Both the position numbers and the translations under genes were made by a program. A DNA stretch of 58,519 bases, taken from contig JBOZIK010000001.1 in the NCBI GenBank assembly GCA_051453625.1, positions 27,780,562 through 27,839,080 on the forward strand, given 5' to 3'. The notes under the pieces were generated by a model. The model was not told the DNA's origin, did not search any database, and was given only the letters and a program-made list of their open reading frames with translations. Source of the stretch: Welwitschia mirabilis. Taxonomy: Eukaryota. Shown here in pieces: positions 12,766 through 27,183 of the stretch; positions within the stretch are counted from its first letter, which is position 1; each line of letters starts with the position of its first letter.

Positions 12766-12852
12766 TCATAGAAACTGAGCATTTATCTGTTAGTTTATCT
12801 GCAAAACAACTCAAAATACACTATCAAATACACTTAAGTTGATGGCGCAACA
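12766..12852 (-). mobile_element. 5' end of a family-A LTR next to a gap
   Basis: Close match to 1524-1610 (AACTGAGCRTTTATCTGTTAGTTTATCTGCAAAACAAC...CAACA). Confidence 0.85.
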
Positions 12853-13823
12853 GCATAGTCAAAACATATTAGGGAGAAAGAAGGGTATTTTGGAAATCTT
12901 TTCAAGAATATCATCACATTTCAAAATCCATTCTATACCTATATAAAAATGCATAAAAAGATTTATCCTTTACAATACATCATCTCACTTTCATTTGACT
13001 ACTTAGACATCGATAACACCACTATTTGCTATTTCATAAAGCACTAGATCAGAGGTGATATTTCCCTTAACTTACACTAAATGCTATCTTAATGTAACCT
13101 GTCCCATTTTTACACATAACTTCTACACAGAGAATTCATAGAAATGCTCATTCTCCATGGTTGTAAGTATCATCACTGTTGTTATTGTTCTGCTTGAATC
13201 ATTTAAGTAATGTAATGTGAAATGATTATAATTCCATAGAAAATGTTTAATTATTGATCTACATCTTCTTCATTTTTCATATTAAAATTTGTCTCTCTGC
13301 TATTCTACTTTTTACCTTCTTTTCAAGCTTATGCATTTCCTCATCTAAGTGAGATACTATGTTTATTTTCCCTTTCTACATAACCTTAATGTTGCCTTTC
13401 AAACCGCTGAATCATGCATCATATTTGGGCTCTTACAAATGCTCAAACCCCTTCTCTCTCAGATGATTTAGTAGGAATCCTAGGTCAGGCAACAAATACT
13501 AAATCTTTTATTCAGTAACATGGCAATGATATAAAATGAAACTACAAGGGCATTAAGGCAAACATAAATGTATGATTTCACTGACAAAAAGTGTGCACAT
13601 TAGCAATTGTTATGTCACTTAAATATTTTTTCTAATTTCAAGAAATATTAATGCCTTGAGGCTCTAATTATGTAAGCAATCTCTAACATGTTCTTTTTTT
13701 TCCATTCCCTTTATTGAAAAACTCACCTCAACACTTCAATATAAAATAACCCTACCATTATTGTGTTCCATCCTGTGTTGTTTTAATGTAGTTAATAAGT
13801 CTTTCAATGTTTTTTCATTGAAT

Positions 13824-13825
<2 letters not shown>

Positions 13826-13902
<77 letters not shown>
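13826..13902. repeat. (CT)n(CA)n microsatellite running into a gap
   Basis: About 33 CT units followed by 5 AC units. Confidence 0.98.
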
Positions 13903-14479
13903 NNNNNNNNNNNNNNNNNNNNNNNNNNNNNNNNNNNNNNNNNNNNNNNNNNNNNNNNNNNNNNNNNNNNNNNNNNNNNNNNNNNNNNNNNNNNNNNNNN
14001 NNTATATTAAGCTGAAGTAAAAGAACGTGGAGTTGAGTCTAATCATATTTGTATAATTTAAAACCTAATGTAGAACCAACTCACTCCTAGATGTGGTTAA
14101 ACATCGAGTTAGAATGCTATGAACTATAGTTGCAAACTTCTATTATATTGGTTAGGTAATATCTTTAAGCTTATCCATGTATATTTATAACAAATTTATA
14201 TCTTCTCAACTATTTACAAGATATTGTTTATTTATTGAAATACTAAAAAAAAATAAAGAACATAAACATATAAAACTGCTATTGTTTGTAAACCAAAATA
14301 ATCTAGAAATTAATTATACATAAATATATAATATTAATATGATTTTTTTCCTTAGAATATAGAAATGCTAATAAAGAGAATAAGTAAAATATAACCATAT
14401 ATTCTATTGTGTCTATTAGATAACAATATTAAAGAAGAGAGAAAAAGAAAAGGAAAAAATATAGTGTTAATTAGGATAA

Positions 14480-16070
14480 GAGAAGAGAGAATGTTATATA
14501 AAATTGATGATAGTGCAATAGAAGTAGTTTTTATTCACTATGATAAAAGAACTTCAGGTTGGAAATGTATAGATGGAAATATCAAAAAATTTATAAGTTC
14601 AAGACTAATAAAATTTAAGAAAGGCAAGCTTGGTTTTGAGTTAAATAAATCAAATTCTAGTGCTTTTTTACAACACATTTCTTATAGTAAAGAATTTTTT
14701 GCAAAACAAAATGATAGCAACTTATTACTTGATGGTTGATCATAACTTTGAAGAAAGAGTGACAAAATAACAAGTAACATTATAATAACTAATGGCAATG
14801 ACATGCAACATTTAAGTACCAAATACTATAGAATCATTTTAAGATAAGCAATGATAGCAAGAAATGCAATAAATTGAAAATGAAAACACTTGGAAGATTG
14901 TTCCTAAACCAAAAGGAAAAAAGATGATTTTTACAAAATGGATCTACAAAGTGAAGGTAAATCAAGAAGAAAATTTGACAACTTTAAAAGAAAGGTTACT
15001 ATTAAAATATTCATGAAAAATAAAGTAGTAATTATTTTAAAAATTATGCACTTGTTTCAATAATAAAGATCACTAAATTACTTATTTCATTGACACTTTA
15101 ATTTAATGAAAAGGTTTATTAGCTAGATATTAGTTTAGAATTTTTAAATGGTATTTTGAAAGAGTAAGTACATGTAAATCAACTAAGAGGTATTGTGAAA
15201 AACGACATGAAAAATCATGTTTACATGTTAAAGAAGGAAATTTATTGCCTTAAGAATGTGCCAATAACTTGGTACACTAATATGCACAATCATCTACTCA
15301 AAAAATGCTACATGAATTACATTATAAAAGCTAATTTGTTTTACAAGTAAAATAATGACAAGGTAATCTTTATTTTAATTATTTAGATGATGTTCTTTAT
15401 TTTGCATCAAACATTATTAGAAGAGTTCAAAAGAGAAATGCTAAACGTTTTTGATATAAAAGACTTAGAATAACTACAATATTTTTTTGGCTTTGTAGTT
15501 GAATAAAATACAAAGGGAATTACATTCTATTAATCTATGTATGCATGATATTTCTTAAATAATCTTGATATGCATAATGTAAATGCAATAGAAAAACAAT
15601 TACCATATGATTTTTGTAAGGATAAGAAGCAAAAAGATGAATACAACATATTTTAAGTGAATCATTAGATTTTGGAGGTATATTACATACTTTAGGTCAT
15701 ATTTATAATTTTCAATAAATTTTATTTCAAGATACATGGCTAAACCAAATGAATAACATTTGAAGACAACAAAGCACATTTGTAAATATGTCAAAGGAAC
15801 CATAAATAAAAGACTGCAATTTTCAAAAGAATTTTAATACATGTAGAGTATGAATATAATGAAAGAATTTCATTTGAAGGTATATATTCCTATTTAATTA
15901 TTTCTTAATAATGTTCTAGCCATAAATTTTAAGAGAAGTTAGCTATAATACAAAATAAGAAAACAATGATATTGTAATATGTGAATACAAAAGATCAAGT
16001 TGCTGATACTCTAATAAAAGTCATAAATAGGGAAGAAATAAAAGACTTGATGTACATTGTAAATTTAATG
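14480..16070 (+). pseudogene. Highly degenerate Ty1/copia pol remnant (INT C-terminus, RT, RNase H end)
   Basis: DSAIEVVFIHYD...GWKCID; ENTWKIVPKPKGKK...KWIYKVK; LDISLEFLNG; YLDDVL; DQVADTLIK. Most of RNase H is missing. Confidence 0.8.
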
Positions 16071-16085
16071 GACTTAAAAAGGAAG

Positions 16086-16401
16086 TGTTAGATATGGTTA
16101 ACTTGTAAGTTAGTTTTTAATGTTTTATTTGATATGTTTGTTAGGGATCTAAATTAAAGTAAAATATATCTTAAGGTTTTCCTATTACTTTCTTGAAAAT
16201 TTAAGACTATAAAGTAGAGATAAGTAGCATTGTATTGAGTCTGGAACTCATACTGTATTGAAGAAACTACTATTTTGATATCTGAAATAAAGGATAAGCA
16301 TTCTTGTTATTAAGCATCATGTGTTTCATTTGATTCTATTGCTTTCATTTTCTAATTACTTTCTTGATATCGCTACTGGAAGATTCACTTTAATTCTAAT
16401 A
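16086..16401 (+). repeat. Probable short 3' LTR of the second copia remnant
   Basis: PPT-like TTAAAAAGGAAG immediately before TGTTAGATA, just after the RNase H end; CTATAAAG TATA-like at ~16207; 3' end estimated. Confidence 0.55.
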
Positions 16402-17067
16402 GATATTACTTTTGATGTAGTTTAAGAAAGAGATAAATTTTGATAGGTATAGTGGTTTATAAATTTTCTAAGTCCCTTTTTTTATTATTTTCATATTTCA
16501 CAATTATTTTTTTAATAAAATTATCTCAAAATTTAAGTTTCTGAAACTCATTTTGTAAATACAAGCTTAATTCATATCCTTTAAGGTAAAACTATGTGCT
16601 TCAAGTTAAAAACACCTTCTATTTTTCCATTGTCAATTTTTTAAAGTTTTTATTATTATTTGATACACTAACAAAGAAAAATAGTTTATTTTACCTATTC
16701 AAGTCCTAAGGCCAATCTTCCCTCACCACCTGATGTTGCTCTAATTATCAAGAATAAGGATGATTTTATTTACCATAATTACTTTAATAGTGATATGCAT
16801 AACCCTTCTTTTATAAAGATTCATATCTTTTCCTGAGCCTTCCTATGTTACTTATTCATATGTTACATTTATCATTTTACTAGGAAGTAGTATATATATT
16901 TTACCATTCACTATGCATGCTATATTTCCACCATTTACTCCATAACCTACTTTTCATTATTTAATTGTTCCTATTTTACCTAAAGTAAATGCTTCATCTC
17001 ACTAATCCCACTTTCACCACATTTATAATAATATTTTTCCACATTTAACATTTAATTACTATCTTAC

Positions 17068-17100
17068 AATAAATAAATAAATAAATAAATAAATAATAAT
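17068..17100. repeat. (AAAT)n microsatellite
   Basis: About 7 AAAT units decaying to AAT. Confidence 0.9.
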
Positions 17101-17967
17101 ATGTTGCAAGCTTTTAAAAATTCAAAAGCATTCATGATTATACCTATTTTGGATCATAAGCACTAGCATCATTAGATTTAGACTTTTTAGTTTTAAGATC
17201 ACTTTATTAGCTCATCACAGTGTGTACCTCATTAGTTACCTTTATTACTAAGTTTCTTTATTATTTATGATTACTTCCAATTTAGTACATGATATACCAT
17301 TTTACATTAAACCTCTCTATTTGCCTTATCCTCATTTTATTGTTAATGAGTTTCCATTGTATATTTCCTTTTACTCAGTTTCTCTAAATCATGTCATCAT
17401 TCGCATCCCTATCACATCTTATCCTCATCACTCATTCATTTCATTTCCATTTACATTATTTAATAACCTTTATCTCTTACATGGTAACTTCTGTATTAAC
17501 ATTAAATATTTAACATTATTCTTATATTACCAAAATATGTTAGTATCTACCCTATATTGCACATATTTTACCTCATGATCAAATTATATGATGAAATAGG
17601 AATGTCCATGTCCTTGTTACCATCCTATCCTACTCCTTCACTAGATGTTATGATATTCGCTACATCATTTTCCATTGTTATATTTATTTTTCCATCTATC
17701 GTTCCATTATATGATTATACTATGTTACCTTATAATTATATTATGAATTGTATTCTAGATCATTCTCATCTTGGCTAGGTGTTGTTTACCTTATCCTTCT
17801 TCTCATGTCATTCACATTTACCTATTTACAAGTAAAAAAGGATAAAAAATTGACTATGAAACCCTAATAGAGTGTGTACTTATTTTTAATCTTAAAAAGG
17901 GGTAATTATAAACATATATTTAACCCCCTCCCATTTATATTTATCCACCTTCATGATGTTTTTAATA

Positions 17968-18030
17968 AGACACACACACACTCTCTCTCTCACATACATA
18001 CACTCTCTCCCTCTCTCTCATACATACATA
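17968..18030. repeat. Compound imperfect (CA)/(CT) microsatellite
   Basis: Alternating CA and CT runs. Confidence 0.85.
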
Positions 18031-20811
18031 CTTCTTTACTTCCACATGCTCAATAGCCTTTCATACTCATTGTGTTCATTATTCCCTACCGCTTCTATCT
18101 TAACACAGTTGTCAGTTGTGTTAAAAGTAGATATGAAACATAGCCATCCATAGCTTTATCTCCTCTCAACCTCTGTTCCATCTCTGTGTAGCATACCTCC
18201 TTTGCATAAAGGCCTTTCCTTGTATGACATACTAGTTAATCCTTACCATTCTTAGGTTTTATGACATTTTATTTTGCTTGGTAATTAGATTATTTTAACA
18301 AGTAAAGCAAATGACATTAAGATAAAAGTGAGAAGTCATAGGTTCGACTCCCACCTTGTTAAAGGACTTATATCATTTGGGTTATTTATCTAATTACATA
18401 TATATTATAAAAAATTTACAATATCTTAACTAATATAATTTTAATGCTTATTAAAAGTCTTATTAATCTATTTTCCTCTCATAAAATTTAAGAATATCAA
18501 GAGCTAAAATTATCATTACTAGTATGATCCATATCATTCATACATATATATAAAAATTTTAAGAAGCCATCCTCTACATGTATTTGAATCATCTTAATAA
18601 TTTACCAATTTATTTAGCTAAGTTCTAAGTCTATGTATGAAATTTTAACTCTATTTTCTTACTATTAATATTTTCTCTTATTGTGCTAGGATAGTTGAAT
18701 CCCTTTTTAATTATTTTCTTTTATTTATTCTCTTTTTCTTTTATATTACTCCCTTTTTAGTACCTTTTTTTTCATTACTATTATTAGTGGACTGGTGTTA
18801 TGTAACATTTAATTGATGGAACTTAATTTAATTTTTTATTTTTTTTAAATTATTTTTTTTGGTTTCATTTTATTTTCCTTCTCTCTTTACAAAGATTATA
18901 TAGTAGATTAAATATTCTTATAGGAGCTATTCTCCTACCAGATTAAAAAAAATAAATCAATAAAATCAATAAAAAAAAGTTTTCTTCTATCCATCTACTC
19001 TTTCTACCATCTCTTATCTCATTTCTTTTCTTCTCTATGTAAGGTGAATTTATCAACAAGTACTTGAAGATAATTTTTATATAATGACTTCATTAACAAT
19101 TATCTTAAGAAAGTGCTTTAGTACTTGCATTATTTATTTCTACAATTTTCATTTCTTCCATTACATTGTAATGTAGTTTTTATTTTGCATTATCTATTTT
19201 CAGAATCAATATTTAGTCTTTTCCTATTTATCAATCATACTTATATATCACCTAGACTATTAACTATCCTATGAATACATCCTCATCTTTTACTAAAACT
19301 CTTTTACATCATCTTACCATGCTATCATATTTTCTCGTTGATGTTACTAGCTTCTTGTATTAAAATTATTTCATTTTTGGTGAATCTTATGTTTACATCA
19401 TTCTGAATCTTGTCACGTATCATGTGCATCCATAAATGTAACTTTCCTTGATTTTTTTCTTACATTCTATGAATTGGGAATGCACTTTTAGTTATAGGTT
19501 ACATCCAATTTCTATCAATTACAAAATATAGATTAAAATATTTTCCTTATTCCTCTATTCTCTCTTGATCATGATTTATATGTCAATGTTGAAATTAATT
19601 CTTCTTTTAATATGAAATTACCTCTTGAGAATTTAAGATGTATCTTTAATGATGATCCTACTCGTTCTTTCATTTGTAATTCATTTACATATTTATCTAG
19701 AAAAATCATTTATAAGAATTATTGGTTAAACAAAATAAAGAAATAGGATGATCCTTTTATGATTTAGAATGTTTGAATTCTAAAAAATGTTCTTCTCATA
19801 TCCTTCTTGAGTTTTTTAACTCATGTGTGAAGTCTTATCATGAAAATGTTTCTAGGCTTGATTTATCACTTGATCATCCATCATATCATTTTAAACATGA
19901 AAATTTTAATCCTTTAAAGTTTTCCTCCTCATTCTTGATTGATCCATCTTGTGAGCCTAGTTTTTCTTTATCAAATAAGCTTGAATTGGAATTATCTACT
20001 CTAGTATTAGGAACTATATATTAAGTTATGACAAACCCTCATGTGTTTAATGATACTCTTGTCATAAAAAACTATGTTCATATTCATTCACATAATCTAT
20101 ACTTTAGCCATTACCACTCATCGAAATCACCTTTACATAACTCTTCATCACCTACATTTAATTTACTTCTTTCATCATGTTTGAATTCATGATACTCAAT
20201 GATCCTAATTAATAGTCTTTTTTTTAAATTTATGAATAAATAGAAATTTTACTATTTTGAAGGTTAATTGAGATTTTATAATTTTTTTCTTTTTCATTAG
20301 CTAGTTCTTTAAATATTTAAGTTCTTTTATTTAAACTTATATGAATTTAGAGATCTTCAATATGGAGTTAAGAAAAAAGGTGCATTTTCATCTTTCATGT
20401 TTTTTCTTTATTTTAAATCATTCATGAGGATGACATCATTTATGTATTAAAATAATAAGCTAATAAATACTTTTATGTGCTAAAAATATTAAAAAATAAA
20501 TAGAGATAAAAGAAAATCAAAAAAATCTTAAAGCTTTTTTATGACATTTTTTATGATCAATTTTATTAGATTTAGTTAATTGAATCTAGGATATGGACAC
20601 CTACTAACAATGTATCTCTAATAATTTCTTTGTTTTGCATTCATCTACACTTGAGCTGTAGACACTCATTCGTAATGTAGCATTGAATTCTTATAGTATA
20701 ACATGTTAAATGTATTAAAACTAATGTTCATAATATTAAATCTTCAATGAAATCAAATATTAAAACTTGATTCCCATGAAAGAGAAAGGAAATAAAATAA
20801 GATTAAGATGG

Positions 20812-22030
20812 TGTTGAGAACTCATTGTCATTAATTAAATCAATGAGTTTTTTTAGTTAGTCAACTATGCAGAGATTTTCCAGCACTAGGCAACTGAACT
20901 GATGTAGATAAAGAAAATATCCGATTGTAGAATATATGACTGAGTACATCATACCAGGCGACTGAGCTAATACATCAGAAAGAAGACTGGTTTAAGAATG
21001 AGTGACTGAGAACACATACTTGGGTAACCCAGTAAGAGCCTCTATGTAAAAACTAGGGCAAACATAGGCAACGGTGAAACTAACACAGACAGCCACATTA
21101 CAATCTGTGAAATTTAGTCTTATGATAGAATGGACAATTGAGAAGCTGCAAATGGGTAACTGCATGATAATCAGTGAATCCTGAGTTTACTAAAAGTAAG
21201 GATGACTAAAAAACATAATTATGGGCAACTGCATTTTATCTAAAATCTACCCTCAAAAGGGTAACTGAGTTATTAACATCAGGGTGACCGAATTAAGATC
21301 AACCTCATATCATCATAAGGGTGACCAAAGGTGCATCTGTTCTATACTGAGAATTCTGTGGCAAACAAGGGCAATCGAAGATTAGAAAGAAGGGTGACTT
21401 AATATTCAAGTGACCAAGTATTATATCAACATTAATCATACAAAGTATGAATGTAACCATTACATTTTCAACAGTTCATCAAAAAGGTATAATGGTTCAT
21501 CAAAAAGTGCAATCGTTTGCTTCAACATTATGAAATGGTTATCTTATGCACCTTTAGTATTTAAGATCTCTTCTAATCAAAAGGAAGACATATTTTTTTA
21601 AGATTTAAGATCAAAATAGAAGAAATGATATATTCTTTTGGCACTGTATCTGAATAAGTTGCTAGTTCAAATTTCTGATTGGAATTATCATTGCATATTC
21701 TTTAAAGAAGAGATTCTTGCACCTTTAAGAATAAATGTATACATCTATGCATTATCCTTACTTCTCTTCTTCTGTGGCTGAGGATCAGCCATAAAATCAT
21801 CTGAAGTTATAATAGATTATTTGATAAGCCTGAAAACCAATCTTGAAAGCTAATATATACCAGTCAAGGATAGGAGGTCTAAGGGGCTAAAGGATGATGT
21901 CTATCCATCATTAAATATCTTGCATTTATGTTTTCCATATCTACTTATTTTATTTGTAGGTTTTGTAGAAAACTGAATTTGATTTTTAAAGACTTATTTA
22001 CCCCCTTGTAGGATCAATCCTCTACTTTTA
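20812..22030 (+). repeat. 5' LTR of the SIRE-like element
   Basis: Start TGTTGAGAACTCATTGTCATTAATTAAAT is repeated at 28505; the end resembles the Sirevirus C-rich ATTCACCCCCCTCTAGG...TTTCA signature; contains repeated GGGYRACYG motifs. Confidence 0.85.
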
Positions 22031-22032
22031 AT

Positions 22033-22044
22033 TAATATCAGAGC
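22033..22044 (+). promoter_or_regulatory. Primer-binding site (tRNA-iMet), decayed
   Basis: TAATATCAGAGC equals TGGTATCAGAGC with two G>A changes. Confidence 0.85.
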
Positions 22045-22095
22045 AAGGTTAAGCAATAGATCCTAACAAGTCTCTACTCCACTCATGCCTAAAAA

Positions 22096-25000
22096 ATGAG
22101 TCAGCTCACTAAAGGAAATTCTATCACAAGACATTCCTTATTTGATGAAAAAAATTATAGTTATTAGAAAGAAAAGGTGAGAGTCTTTTTTCAATTCATT
22201 TACCTTAAAATATGGGAGTCTATTACTAATGGATATTGTATTTCTACTATGTAGGATCTTATAACTAAGTTAGCTACTCCAAAGAACAAGGACAAATGGA
22301 CGTCGAACGAAAAAATAACCATAACTTACAATTTAAAAGGACTAAATGTCATTTTTTATGTCATAGATCCAGAAGATTTTAAAAGAGTTGTAAATTGCAC
22401 ACTTCAAAAGAATCTTGGGATATACTAGAGACTGCTTATAAAGGAACCAACCTTATAAAGAAGGCTAAGCTTTAGATGCTAATCACTCAGTTTGAAGATC
22501 TAAAGATATAAGATGATAAAGATATAAATGAATTTTTTGCAATGCTAAAAGATATTATAAATTTTATGTATGGCTTAGGTGAAACTATTAAAGAATCAAG
22601 AGTAGTTCACAAAGCTTTGAGATCTCTACCTAAAAAGTTTTAATCAAAAGTGACTGCTATTGAAGAAAGCAAGGATCTAAATATTATGAAGATGGATGAA
22701 CTCCAAGGGAACCTTCACATATTTGAGCTTAAATTTGAAAAACAAAAGAAGAAAAGTGTGTCATTAACTACTACTTATAAAATTTCTAAGATTAAGGATG
22801 AATTTGATTAAGAATTTAAAAGCAATAATAAAGTGGCTCTTCTAGCCAAGAGATTCATAGACTTTATGTAGAGATGACAAGTTGGAGATCAAGATAAGAG
22901 ACCACAAAGAAGGAAAGATGAAGGACAATGTGAAATTCAATGCTATTCATGCAAAGGTTTTGGTCATACATCAAGTATCTGCCCAAACAACAAAAAAGAT
23001 GATACAACAAAAGGAAAGAAAGTATTGTCAGCAACATGTAATGATGAAGAAAGTAAGAGTGAACTAAACTTAGATTCAGAATGTGGTAGAATCTCTCTCA
23101 TGGCTATCATCAATGAAAAGGTATGCTCCTCTTATTCTATTGATTTTGTTATTAGTAATAAGATGCTAAATGACATATAAATAGAATTATATTTGGAATG
23201 TCAAAATATTGCTTATAAAGTAAATAATCTAAGAAATGAAAATAAAAACCTTCTAGATAAGCTTGAGATTAGAGGAAAAAAGTTAAAATTTTGAACAATA
23301 ACCTCATCTTAATGTTTTACCATTATAGAAAAAATGTCCCTAGCAAACCATTTGCTAGCTTGTTAATTCTTATCATTATTCTTATTTCAAACCTTTGTCT
23401 AAGACAAACTTCAAAAACCCTTTAGCAAATATTACCTATCACTATTGCAACAAAAAGGATCATTCTAAGTTTGATTTTACATTTCAAAAAAGTTACTTTC
23501 CTCACTCCATATTAGGGCTTAAGTTTATTTTTTTCCCAAAAATTGAATCAACATGCAAGTAAAAACAAATGCCTAAGGTGGATCCCAAAATTCACAAATA
23601 AAAGCCTATTAATCCAAATGGCTATAAAAGCAACTAATCATTCTTACTAGTATTTGGATAGTGGATGCTTTAGACATATGACAGGTGACAAGTCTAACTT
23701 CATCAACTTCAAGGAATAAAATGGAGGAGAAGTGAATTTTGGAATAATAAAAGAGCATAGATTAAAGGCATTAGAAACATTGATATAGGTAAGTTACCTA
23801 ATATTCACAATTTATTATTTATCAATGGATTAAATCATAATTTATTAAGCATTATTTAGATTTGTGATAAAGGTTATAAAGTAATTTTAATAAAAATAAA
23901 TGTATTTTAAAACATGATAAAATAGATAAACTATTACTTATAGTGAATACACATGAATATGTATATTATATAAATCAATACAATAATTTTACTTATCTAT
24001 CTTCTCATACTTAAGAAGACATCATCTGGCATTAATGTTTAGGTCACATTAGTTTTGATTCATTGAATAAATTGTGCCATGATGAGATAGTTAGAGGTAC
24101 TCCTAAAATTTCTTGCTCTCACAAAGGGCTATGTGATGCTTGTTAAAAATAGAAAACAAACCAAATCGTCTAATAAAAGGATTAGTGATATCACAACTAG
24201 CAAACCTTTAGATCTAAGTCATATGGATTTGGTTGGATCTATTCAAACTGCTAGTCTATTCAGAAAAGATATTTTCTAGTTATGGTTGATAACTTTTCTA
24301 GATTTTTGTGGGTAGGTTTTTTCCATACAAAATTTGATGCATATAAAAATTTCATTAAAATTTGCAAGAAGCTTCAAACTGCAAAGGAGTATGTAATAAA
24401 TAAAATCCAAAGTGATCATGGTAGAGAGTTTGAGAATAAAAGATTTAAACTTTACTGTAACTCAAATGAAATTAGTCATGAGTTCTTAGCTCCTAAAACC
24501 ACTCAACAAAATGGAATAGCTAAAAGAAAAAATCAAAATTTACTAGATATAGCAAGGGTTATGCTAAATGACAAGGATATTCCAAAATGATTTTGGACTG
24601 AAGCACTGAACATGGCTTATCATATTTCAAATAAAGTGTATTTAAGGCCTAGAACTTCTAAAACTCCTTATGAGTTCTAGAAATAAAAGAATCCAAATAT
24701 ATCTTTCTTTAAAATATTTAGAAGTAAGTGCTTCATTCTATGAGATAGAGAAGAATTAGCAAAATTCGATTCTAAGTTAGATGAAGAAATATTTTTGTGG
24801 TACTCTCAATCAAGTAGAGCCTATAGAGTGTTTAACAAATGTACTTTACATATGGAAGAATCTATTACTGTAAAAATCCATGATGTTTCAGATACCTTAA
24901 AATCCATTGACCTTGATGAAGATCTAAGTCCTTCTTATCCTATCAATTAAAATTAATAAATTTTAAAAGATAAGGCAACCCCAGAAATTAAGAAACTCAA

Positions 25001-26590
25001 GGATAATCCTCTATACTCCGTTATTGAAAATGTTTAGTAAGGCATTGTCACTAAAAATTCTTTAAAAAATTTAGTGCTCATGTCTCTCTATTATTTCAAG
25101 TAGAACCTAAATCCTTTGAGGAGGGTAAATCTAACCCTAGTTCAATCAATGCAATGTAAGAAGAACTTGAACAATTTACTTGAAATCGGGTTTGTTTACT
25201 TGTTCCAAAATGAACTAGAAAGAATATCATAGGAATAAAGTGGATTTTTAGAAACAAAGTAAATAAAAGAAATGAAATTACAAAGAAAAAAGATATATTA
25301 GTAGCTCAAGGTTAGTCACAAATAGAAGGAGTATATTGTGAAGACACCTTTTTGCACCAGTTTCTCGATTAGAATCAATAAGGATGTTTCTAGCTTTCAC
25401 TTGCTATAAAAAAATGAAAGTATTTTAAGTGAATGTAAAAAGTGCATTTTTTAATAAAATCTAAGAATTCTCTAATCCTCATAAAATTAATTATGTATAT
25501 AAACTTAACAAGGCCTTGTATGAATTAAAGAAAGCTCTTAGAGATTAGTATGAAAAGTTTACCTCTTTCTTAGTTCAACATGGTTTTTCTAGAGGCTCCA
25601 TTAATAGAACTTTATTTAGAAAAGTATTAAATGATAATTTAATTTTGTTTCAAATCTATATGAATGATATTATTTTTGGACCAGCAAACGTAAATTTGTC
25701 AAATTATTTTGTAAGTCTAATGAATTCAAAGTTTGAAATAAGCATGATTGGACCAGTGAATACAACTTTGGGTTTATAAATTCAACAACATGAATATGGT
25801 ATTTTTATAAATCAAAAGAAATACTTCTTAGATTTAATTAAAAATTCAAAACAGAAAATGCAAAATGTATAGACTCTCCAATGACCACAAATGTTAAGCT
25901 TTCTCTTGATGAAAATGGTAAGGATGTGGATCAAAAAACATATCATAGTATTATTAAAAGTTTATTATCTCTAATAGATAGTCACCCCAACATAGATTTT
26001 AGTATTGGTTTGTATGCTAGGTATCAAAGCAAACTAAAGGAATTACATCTTACTACTGCAAAGAGAATACTTTACTATGTAAAAATTACTCTAGGCTTTG
26101 GCTTATGGTTTTCAAATAATACTCCCTTAAGCTTGATAGGTTATAGCGATGCAGATTGGGTCAGATGCAAAAATAATCGTAAGAGCATAAGTGGTGGATT
26201 TTTTTTCTTTGAAAATTATTTCATCCCTTGGTATAGTAAGAAACAATGCTTCATATCTCTTTCTACAACCAAAGGTGAGTATATAGTTGTTAGAGCATAT
26301 TGCACTTAGATCTTGTGGATGAAAGAGACCTTGAAGGATTATGGCATGAACATCACAGAAGTGCCAATTTTATGCAACAACTCAAATGCTATTCAAATCA
26401 CTCATAACCCAGTTCTACATACTCATATAAGTCATATCGATATTAGGTTTCATTTTCAAGAATTGGTAGAAAAAAATAATTACTCTAGAATATGTTTATA
26501 CTAAAGATCAACTAGGAGATATATTTACAAAATATTTATCATTGGATCATTTCTCAATTATTTGTTATTTTTTAGGTATCAAGTCTGAAA
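22096..26590 (+). pseudogene. Degenerate copia gag-pol (gag, Zn knuckle, PR, INT, RT, RNase H)
   Basis: GNSITR..LFDEKNYSY*K; KALRSLPKKF..KVTAIEESKDL; CYSCKGFGH..SIC; YLDSGCFRHMTG; HMDLVG, VDNFSRF, SDHGREFEN, QQNGIAKRKN; KWIFRNK; GYSDADW; HNPVLH...HIDIRFH. Confidence 0.93.
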
Positions 26591-27183
26591 AGTACTTGCC
26601 AAATGCATCTTCATTTGAATAATAGAATTTAGTTGAGGGGTTTAAACTTTTGATTATAATATAAGTTTTAACCCCATTCTACCTCCTTTTTAAAGTGGTT
26701 AACTACGTGTCTTTTGGATTTTCCTACTGTTAAATTTTTAGCTTCACTGAGTCGATTAATTATACCATTGGGTTGACCAGTTTAGTCCCAGTTTTTCCTG
26801 TACTATCTTATAGTAACTAGGTCGACTATCCATTTTTCTCTGTTTAACCTCATTAAGTGCCATTTCTAATTACATTAGGTCGACCTCATCTTATCCTAGG
26901 TTGATCAAGTTTGATTCAGTTTCAACTATTAGATTTTCATAATGCAGGGTTGACCACATATGTCTAGGTCGATCATCATTTTACTATTCTAGTTTTTAAA
27001 ATTTTACATGGGTTGACTAACCTTATGATCGGTCACCCATGTTTAAGGTGGTGCATCATGGATTTTTAAAATCTACTCACCCTTTGTCTTTTTCTCATTT
27101 TCTTTTCTCCATCTATCATTTTCTAAGCTTTTAAGGATCCTCTTTGAATTTTTCTCCACTTTTTCTCTCTAATCTGGGCTTAA

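Noticed and set aside
18300..18370. Functional tRNA gene
   Set aside because: Only a B-box is present; no acceptor, D or anticodon stems.
18900..20450. Possible decayed retroelement interior (also 30600-31400)
   Set aside because: No recognisable motif, terminus or second copy; cannot be assigned.
20887..21420. Spaced short repeats resembling a CRISPR array
   Set aside because: Repeats are about 10 bp, degenerate, irregularly spaced and inside an LTR; no cas genes; eukaryotic context.
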